From Eledone cirrhosa (taxonomy: Eukaryota), in contig CAXHJY010001008.1 of the NCBI GenBank assembly GCA_964016885.1, positions 1-20,540 on the forward strand: 20,540 bases of DNA. Reading direction: 5' to 3'. The notes below the pieces were generated by a model. It was not told where the DNA came from. It did not search any database and saw nothing but the letters and a program-made list of their open reading frames with translations. Positions 12,891-20,540 of this stretch are shown here, piece after piece (position 1 is the first letter of the stretch; each line of letters begins with the position of its first letter). Position numbers and translations under genes: made by a program.

Positions 12891-13050
12891 CTTACTAATG
12901 TTTTTACTTACGAGTGTTTCGGCGTACGAGTGTTTCGACTTACGAGTGTTTCGACTTACGGGTGTTTTGACTTACTAATGTTTTTACTTACGAGTGTTTC
13001 GGCGTACGAGTGTTTCGACTTACGAGTGTTTCGACTTACGGGTGTTTTGA
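12891..13050. repeat. Perfect 80-bp (5-monomer) tandem duplication
   Basis: 12891-12970 equals 12971-13050 (cttactaatgtttttac...ggcgtacg...gggtgttttga). It is copied again in HOR C copy 2 at 17944-18103. Confidence 0.9.
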
Positions 13051-13160
13051 TTTACGGGTGTTTCGGCTTACGAGTGTTCCGACTTACGAGTGTTTTGACT
13101 TAAGGGTGTTTCGACTTACGAGTATTTTTGGCTTACGAGTGTTTCGATTTACGAATGTTT

Positions 13161-13698
13161 TGACTTACGAGTGTTCTGATTTACGGATGTTTCGACATAC
13201 GAGTGTTACGACTTACGAGTGTTTCGACTTATGAGTGTTTCGACTTACGAGTGTTTCGGCTTACGAGTGTTTCGACTTACGAGTGTTTTGACTTACGGTG
13301 TTTCGTCTTACGAGTGTTTCGACTTACGAGTGTTTTGACTTACGGGTGTTTTGACATACGAGTGTTTCGATACGAGTGTTCTGACTTACGAGTGTTCTGA
13401 TTTACGGATGTTTCGACATACGAGTGTTTCGACTTACGAGTGTTTCGACTTATGAGTGTTTCGACTTACGAGTGTTTCGGCTTACGAGTGTTTTGACTTA
13501 CGAGTGTTTTGATTTACGGTGTTTCGGCTTACGAGTGTTTCGACTTACGAGTGTTTTGACTTAAGGGTGTTTTGACATACGAGTGTTTCGATACGAGTGT
13601 TCTGACTTACGAGTGTTCTGATTTACGGATGTTTCGACATACGAGTGTTTCGACTTACGAGTGTTTCGACTTATGGGTGTTTCGACTTACGAGTGTTT
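13161..13698. repeat. 221-bp (14-monomer) tandem repeat, ~2.4 moderately diverged copies
   Basis: gatttacggatg at 13178, 13399 and 13620; ttgacatacg...cgatacg at 13351 and 13572. 221 = 14x16 - 3 (one 14-mer and one 15-mer). It recurs at +5053. Confidence 0.85.
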
Positions 13699-16235
13699 TT
13701 ACTTACGGTGTTTCGGCTTACGAGTGTTTCGACATACGAGTGTTTTGACTTACGGGTGTTTCGACTTACGAGTGTTTTGACTTACGAATATTTTGACTTA
13801 CGGGTGTTTCGGCTTACGAGTGTTTCGACTTACGAGTGTTTCGGCTTACGAGTGTTTCGACTTACTAATGTTCTTACTTACGCGTGTTTCGGCGTACGAG
13901 AGTTTTGACTTACGAGTGTTTCGACTTACGAGTGTTTCGACTTACGAGTGTTTTGACTTACGAATGTTTTGACTTACGGGTGTTTCGGCTTACGAGTGTA
14001 TCGACTTACGAGTCATTCGGCTTACGAGTGTTTCGACTTACTAATGTTTTTACTTACGAGTGTTTCGGCGTACGAGTGTTTCGACTTACGAGTGTTTCGA
14101 CTTACGGGTGTTTTGACTTACGGGTGTTTCGGCTTACGAGTGTTTTGACTTACGAGTGTTTTGACTTAAGGGTGTTTCGACTTACGAGTTTTTTTGGCTT
14201 ACGAGTGTTTCGACTTACGAGTGTTTTGACTTACGAGTGTTCTGATTTACGGATGTTTCGACATACGAGTGTTCCGACTTACGAGTGTTTCGACTTATGA
14301 GTGTTTCGACTTACGAGTGTTTCGGCTTATGAGTGTTTCGACTTACGAGTGCTTCGGCTTACGAGTGTTTCGACTTACGAGTATTTCGGCTTACGAGTGT
14401 TTCGACGTACGAATGTTTTGGCTTACGAGTGTTTCGGCTTATGAGTGTTTCGGCTTACGAGTGTTTCGACTTACGAGTGTTTCGGCTTACGAGTGTTTCA
14501 GTGTTTCGGCTTACGTGTGTTTCGACTTACGAGTGTTTCGACTTACGACTGTTTCGGCTTACGAGTGTTTCGGCTTACGAGTGTTTCGGCTTACGAGTGT
14601 TTTGACTTACGAGGGTTTTGACTTACGATTGTTTGGCTTACGAGTGTTCTGACTTACGGGTGTTCTGACTTACGAGTGTTCCGACTTACGAGTGTTTCGG
14701 CTTATGAGGGTTTCGACTTACGAGTGCTTCGGCTTACGAGTGTTTCGACTTACGAGTGTTTCGGCTTACGAGTGTTTCGACTTACGAGTTGTTCGACTTA
14801 CGAGTGTTTTGACTTACGGTGTTTCGGCTTACGAGTGTTTCGACATACGAGTGTTTCGGCTTACGAGTGTTTTGACTTACGAGTGTTTTGATTTACGGTG
14901 TTTCGGCTTACGAGTGTTTCGACTTACGAGTGTTTTGACTTACGGGTGTTTTGACATACGAGTGTTTCGATACGAGTGTTCTGACTTACGAGTGTTCTGA
15001 TTTACGGATGTTTCGACATACGAGTGTTTCGACTTACGAGTGTTTCGACTTATGGGTGTTTCGACTTACGAGTGTTTTTACTTACGGTGTTTCGGCTTAC
15101 GAGTGTTTCGACATACGAGTGTTTTGACTTACGGGTGTTTCGACTTACGAGTGTTTTGACTTACGAATATTTTGACTTACGGGTGTTTCGGCTTACGAGT
15201 GTTTCGACTTACGAGTGTTTCGGCTTACGAGTGTTTCGACTTACTAATGTTCTTACTTACGCGTGTTTCGGCGTACGAGAGTTTTGACTTACGAGTGTTT
15301 CGACTTACGAGTGTTTCGACTTACGAGTGTTTTGACTTACGAATGTTTTGACTTACGGGTGTTTCGGCTTACGAGTGTATCGACTTACGAGTCATTCGGC
15401 TTACGAGTGTTTCGACTTACTAATGTTTTTACTTACGAGTGTTTCGGCGTACGAGTGTTTCGACTTACGAGTGTTTCGACTTACGGGTGTTTTGACTTAC
15501 GGGTGTTTCGGCTTACGAGTGTTTTGACTTACGAGTGTTTTGACTTAAGGGTGTTTCGACTTACGAGTTTTTTTGGCTTACGAGTGTTTCGACTTACGAG
15601 TGTTTTGACTTACGAGTGTTCTGATTTACGGATGTTTCGACATACGAGTGTTCCGACTTACGAGTGTTTCGACTTATGAGTGTTTCGACTTACGAGTGTT
15701 TCGGCTTATGAGTGTTTCGACTTACGAGTGCTTCGGCTTACGAGTGTTTCGACTTACGAGTATTTCGGCTTACGAGTGTTTCGACGTACGAATGTTTTGG
15801 CTTACGAGTGTTTCGGCTTATGAGTGTTTCGGCTTACGAGTGTTTCGACTTACGAGTGTTTCGGCTTACGAGTGTTTCAGTGTTTCGGCTTACGTGTGTT
15901 TCGACTTACGAGTGTTTCGACTTACGACTGTTTCGGCTTACGAGTGTTTCGGCTTACGAGTGTTTCGGCTTACGAGTGTTTTGACTTACGAGTGTTTTGA
16001 CTTACGATTGTTTGGCTTACGAGTGTTCTGACTTACGGGTGTTCTGACTTACGAGTGTTCCGACTTACGAGTGTTTCGGCTTATGAGGGTTTCGACTTAC
16101 GAGTGCTTCGGCTTACGAGTGTTTCGACTTACGAGTGTTTCGGCTTACGAGTGTTTCGACTTACGAGTTGTTCGACTTACGAGTGTTTTGACTTACGGTG
16201 TTTCGGCTTACGAGTGTTTCGACATACGAGTGTTT
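13467..16235. repeat. Higher-order repeat D, 1379-bp period, 2 copies nested in HOR C
   Basis: ORFs recur at +1379 (13645/15024, 13884/15263, 14269/15648, 14333/15712). Shared rare variants include gaatatttt, gttcttacttacgcgt, gtgtatcg, gtcattcgg and gagtttttttgg. Differences seen at 13564/14943 and 14614/15993. Confidence 0.93.
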
Positions 16236-18519
16236 TGACGTACGGGTGTTTCGACTTACGGGTCTTTCGACTTAAGAGTGTTTCGACTTACGAGCGCTTC
16301 GACTTACGAGTGTTTCGACTTACGAGTGTTTCGGCGTATGAGTGTTTTGACTTACGAGTGTTTCGACTTACGAGTGTTTCGACTTACGAGTGTTTCGAAT
16401 TACGAGTGTTTCGACTTACGAGTGTTTTGACTTACGAGTGTTTTGACTTACGGTGTCTCTGCTTACGAGTGTTTCGACTTACGAGTGTTATGACTTACGG
16501 GTGTTTTCACATACGAGTGTTTCGACTTACGAGTGTTTTGACTTACGGGTGTTTTGACATACGAGTGTTTCGATACGAGTGTTCTGACTTACGAGTGTTC
16601 TGACTTACGAGTGTTCTGACTTACGAGTGTTTCGACATACGAGTGTTTTGACTTACGGGTGTTTCGACTTACGAGTGTTTTGACGTACGAATGTTTTGAC
16701 TTACGGGTGTTTCGGCTTACGAGTGTTTCGACTTACGAGTGTTTCGGCTTACGAGTGTTTCGACTTACTAATGTTTTTACTTACGAGTGTTTCGGCGTAC
16801 GAGAGTTTTGACTTACGAGTGTTTCGACTTATGAGTGTTTCGACTTACGAGTGTTTCGACTTACGAGTGTTTCGGCTTATGATTGTTTCGACTTACGAGT
16901 GTTTTGACTTACGGTGTTTCAGCTTACGAGTGTTTCGACTTACGAGTGTTTTGACTTACGGGTGTTTTGACATACGAGTGTTTCGATACGAGTGTTCTGA
17001 CTTACGAGTGTTCTGACTTACGAGTGTTTTGACTTACGAGTGTTCTGACTTACGAGTGTTCCGACTTACGAGTGTTCCGACTTACGAGTGTTTCGGCTTA
17101 CGAGTGTTTCCGGCTTACGAGTGTTTCGACTTACGAGTGTATTGACTTACGGTGTTTCGGCTTACGAGTGATTCGACTTACGAGTGTTTTGACTTACGGG
17201 TGTTTTGACTTACGGGTGTTGTGAATTACGAGTGTTCCGATTTACGAGTGTTTTGACTTACGGTGTTTCGGCTTACGAGTGATTCGACTTACGAATGTTT
17301 TGACTTACGGGTGTTTCGGCTTGCGAGTGTTTCGACTTACGAGTGTTTCGGCTTATGAGTGTTTCGACTTACTAATGTTTTTACTTACGAGTGTTCTGAC
17401 TTACGAGTGTTCCGACTTACGAGTGTTCCGACTTACGAGTGTTTCGGCTTACGAGTGTTTCCGGCTTGCGAGTGTTTCGACTTACGAGTGTTTCGGCTTA
17501 TGGGTGTTTCGACTTACTAATGTTTTTACTTACGAGTGTTTCGGCGTACGAGTGTTTTGACTTACGAGTGTTTCGACTTACGAGTGTTTCGACTTACGAG
17601 TGTTTCGGCTTACGTGAGTTTCGACTTAAGAGTGTTCTGATTTACGAGTGTTCTGACTTGCGGGTGTTCTGATTTACGAGTGTTCCGACTTACGAGTGTT
17701 TCGGCTTATTAGTGTTTCGACTTACGAGTGTTTCGGCTTACGAGTGTTTCGACTTATAGGTGTTTCGACTTACGAGTGTTTTTACTTACGGTGTTTCGGC
17801 TTACGAGTGTTTCGACATACGAGTGTTTTGACTTACGGGTGTTTCGACTTACGAGTGTTTTGACTTACGAATGTTTTGACTTACGGGTGTTTCGGCTTAC
17901 GAGTGTTTCGACTTACGAGTGTTTCGGCTTACGAGTGTTTCGTCTTACTAATGTTTTTACTTACGAGTGTTTCGGCGTACGAGTGTTTCGACTTACGAGT
18001 GTTTCGACTTACGGGTGTTTTGACTTACTAATGTTTTTACTTACGAGTGTTTCGGCGTACGAGTGTTTCGACTTACGAGTGTTTCGACTTACGGGTGTTT
18101 TGATTTACGGGTGTTTCGGCTTACGAGTGTTCCGACTTACGAGTGTTTTGACTTAAGGGTGTTTCGACTTACGAGTATTTTTGGCTTACGAGTGTTTCGA
18201 TTTACGAATGTTTTGACTTACGAGTGTTCTGATTTACGGATGTTTCGACATACGAGTGTTACGACTTACGAGTGTTTCGACTTATGAGTGTTTCGACTTA
18301 CGAGTGTTTCGGCTTACGAGTGTTTCGACTTACGAGTGTTTTGACTTACGGTGTTTCGTCTTACGAGTGTTTCGACTTACGAGTGTTTTGACTTACGGGT
18401 GTTTTGACATACGAGTGTTTCGATACGAGTGTTCTGACTTACGAGTGTTCTGATTTACGGATGTTTCGACATACGAGTGTTTCGACTTACGAGTGTTTCG
18501 ACTTATGAGTGTTTCGACT

Positions 18520-20257
18520 TACGAGTGTTTCGGCTTACGAGTGTTTTGACTTACGAGTGTTTTGATTTACGGTGTTTCGGCTTACGAGTGTTTCGACTTA
18601 CGAGTGTTTTGACTTAAGGGTGTTTTGACATACGAGTGTTTCGATACGAGTGTTCTGACTTACGAGTGTTCTGATTTACGGATGTTTCGACATACGAGTG
18701 TTTCGACTTACGAGTGTTTCGACTTATGGGTGTTTCGACTTACGAGTGTTTTTACTTACGGTGTTTCGGCTTACGAGTGTTTCGACATACGAGTGTTTTG
18801 ACTTACGGGTGTTTCGACTTACGAGTGTTTTGACTTACGAATATTTTGACTTACGGGTGTTTCGGCTTACGAGTGTTTCGACTTACGAGTGTTTCGGCTT
18901 ACGAGTGTTTCGACTTACTAATGTTCTTACTTACGCGTGTTTCGGCGTACGAGAGTTTTGACTTACGAGTGTTTCGACTTACGAGTGTTTCGACTTACGA
19001 GTGTTTTGACTTACGAATGTTTTGACTTACGGGTGTTTCGGCTTACGAGTGTATCGACTTACGAGTCATTCGGCTTACGAGTGTTTCGACTTACTAATGT
19101 TTTTACTTACGAGTGTTTCGGCGTACGAGTGTTTCGACTTACGAGTGTTTCGACTTACGGGTGTTTTGACTTACGGGTGTTTCGGCTTACGAGTGTTTTG
19201 ACTTACGAGTGTTTTGACTTAAGGGTGTTTCGACTTACGAGTTTTTTTGGCTTACGAGTGTTTCGACTTACGAGTGTTTTGACTTACGAGTGTTCTGATT
19301 TACGGATGTTTCGACATACGAGTGTTCCGACTTACGAGTGTTTCGACTTATGAGTGTTTCGACTTACGAGTGTTTCGGCTTATGAGTGTTTCGACTTACG
19401 AGTGCTTCGGCTTACGAGTGTTTCGACTTACGAGTATTTCGGCTTACGAGTGTTTCGACGTACGAATGTTTTGGCTTACGAGTGTTTCGGCTTATGAGTG
19501 TTTCGGCTTACGAGTGTTTCGACTTACGAGTGTTTCGGCTTACGAGTGTTTCAGTGTTTCGGCTTACGTGTGTTTCGACTTACGAGTGTTTCGACTTACG
19601 ACTGTTTCGGCTTACGAGTGTTTCGGCTTACGAGTGTTTCGGCTTACGAGTGTTTTGACTTACGAGGGTTTTGACTTACGATTGTTTGGCTTACGAGTGT
19701 TCTGACTTACGGGTGTTCTGACTTACGAGTGTTCCGACTTACGAGTGTTTCGGCTTATGAGGGTTTCGACTTACGAGTGCTTCGGCTTACGAGTGTTTCG
19801 ACTTACGAGTGTTTCGGCTTACGAGTGTTTCGACTTACGAGTTGTTCGACTTACGAGTGTTTTGACTTACGGTGTTTCGGCTTACGAGTGTTTCGACATA
19901 CGAGTGTTTCGGCTTACGAGTGTTTTGACTTACGAGTGTTTTGATTTACGGTGTTTCGGCTTACGAGTGTTTCGACTTACGAGTGTTTTGACTTACGGGT
20001 GTTTTGACATACGAGTGTTTCGATACGAGTGTTCTGACTTACGAGTGTTCTGATTTACGGATGTTTCGACATACGAGTGTTTCGACTTACGAGTGTTTCG
20101 ACTTATGGGTGTTTCGACTTACGAGTGTTTTTACTTACGGTGTTTCGGCTTACGAGTGTTTCGACATACGAGTGTTTTGACTTACGGGTGTTTCGACTTA
20201 CGAGTGTTTTGACTTACGAATATTTTGACTTACGGGTGTTTCGGCTTACGAGTGTTT
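18520..20257. repeat. HOR D copies within HOR C copy 2 (one full, one truncated)
   Basis: ORFs 18698/20077 are 1379 apart; the sequence equals 13467-15204 at +5053. Confidence 0.88.
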
Positions 20258-20540
20258 TGACTTACGGGTCTTTTGACTTACGGGTGTTGTGAATTACTAG
20301 TGTTCCGATTTACGAGTGTTTTGACTTACGGTGTTTCGGCTTACGAGTGATTCGACTTACGAATGTTTTGACTTACGGGTGTTTCGGCTTGCTAGTGTTT
20401 CGACTTACGAGTGTTTCGGCTTATGAGTGTTTCGACTTACTACTGTTTTTACTTACGAGTGTTTCGGCGTACGAGTGTTTTGACTTACGAGTGTTTCGAA
20501 TTACGAGTGTTTTGACATACGAATGTTTTGACTTACGGAT
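20245..20540. repeat. Return to HOR A sequence (matches 2461-2756)
   Basis: gggtcttttgac, gttgtgaattactagt, ttgctagt, ttactactgt, cgaattac and gacatacgaat occur in the same order and spacing as in A1, at offset 17784. Confidence 0.92.

Larger units (their letters stand above)
11757..20257. repeat. Higher-order repeat C, 5053-bp period: full copy 11757-16809 and truncated copy 16810-20257
   Basis: ORFs recur identically at +5053 (12226/17279, 12675/17728, 13645/18698, 14269/19322, 15024/20077). Rare variants are shared at that offset (gtgtattgac, acgtgagtttc, ttattagt, ttatagg, gttacgac). The match ends at 15204/20257. Confidence 0.94.
1..20540. repeat. 16-bp tandem satellite array, consensus GACTTACGAGTGTTTC, ~1,290 head-to-tail monomers, running off both window ends
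   Basis: Monomer is readable on every line (e.g. 175-190 gacttacgagtgtttc-type units). Common variants: TTTC>TTTT/TTCT/TTCC, GACT>GGCT, CGAG>CGGG/CGAA/TGAG, GACT>GACA. Length variants of 14, 15 and 17 bp occur. Copy number is estimated as length/16. Confidence 0.99.

Noticed and set aside
93-20292. Dozens of + strand ORFs (64-182 aa) encoding RVFRLTSVSTYECFDL repeats
   Set aside because: They follow from a stop-free 16-bp unit: all three frames give the same peptide, ORFs overlap in different frames, most start at GTG/TTG within the repeat, and they end where a C>T variant creates TGA. 14/15/17-bp units shift frame freely and there is no unique N- or C-terminal domain.
1-20540. One giant repetitive protein under TGA read-through or an alternative genetic code
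   Set aside because: Most stops are TGA, but TAA/TAG variants (ttaag, actaat, actag, ttagg) also occur, indels are not multiples of three, and variants cannot be biased to synonymous sites because each position cycles through all codon positions.
1-20540. CRISPR array or other repeat-spacer system
   Set aside because: Monomers are contiguous with no unique spacers, leader or cas genes.
1-20540. Absence of - strand ORFs as evidence of a coding or transcribed strand
   Set aside because: The nearly invariant TTA gives TAA on the - strand in each monomer, closing every frame about every 48 bp.
1-20540. Plasmid iterons, phage origin repeats or an intact mobile element
   Set aside because: Iteron clusters have few copies next to a rep gene and AT-rich region. 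Here there are over a thousand copies with no gene, terminal inverted repeat, LTR or target-site duplication.
1-20540. Sigma70 -35-like TTGACT/TTGACA hexamers as promoters
   Set aside because: They are produced by the common TTTTGAC variant hundreds of times, with no convincing -10 element or downstream gene.
1-20540. Pure sequencing artefact (rolling-circle concatemer or low-complexity noise)
   Set aside because: Variants recur in long, ordered, hierarchically nested patterns with several different periods and small copy-specific differences, which random error or one circular template would not give. Individual junctions could still be misassembled.

Overview
The whole 20,540-bp window is one uninterrupted, head-to-tail tandem array (satellite DNA) of a 16-bp monomer, consensus GACTTACGAGTGTTTC (about 1,290 copies; consensus 7/16 GC, G+T-rich on the + strand). 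I see no unique sequence, no inverted monomers, no credible gene, RNA gene, CRISPR spacer or transposase. All listed ORFs are artefacts: the consensus has no + strand stop codon and, because 16 is not divisible by 3, every frame reads the same 16-aa cycle (DLRVFRLTSVSTYECF), while the - strand has TAA in nearly every monomer. The real information is in the monomer variants. They reveal nested higher-order repeats with periods of 80, 176, 221, 270, ~337, 1379, 1735, 2630/2767/2900 and 5053 bp, built from a shared set of re-ordered modules, and their order of formation can be partly inferred. The most interesting, unverified lead is that the monomer resembles the CGACTTACGA sub-terminal repeat of pogo/Tigger transposon ends and a shortened CENP-B box. 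That would make it a transposon-end-derived, possibly centromeric, satellite. The organism and chromosomal location cannot be determined from this window. Block boundaries were aligned by eye and are uncertain by about one monomer.
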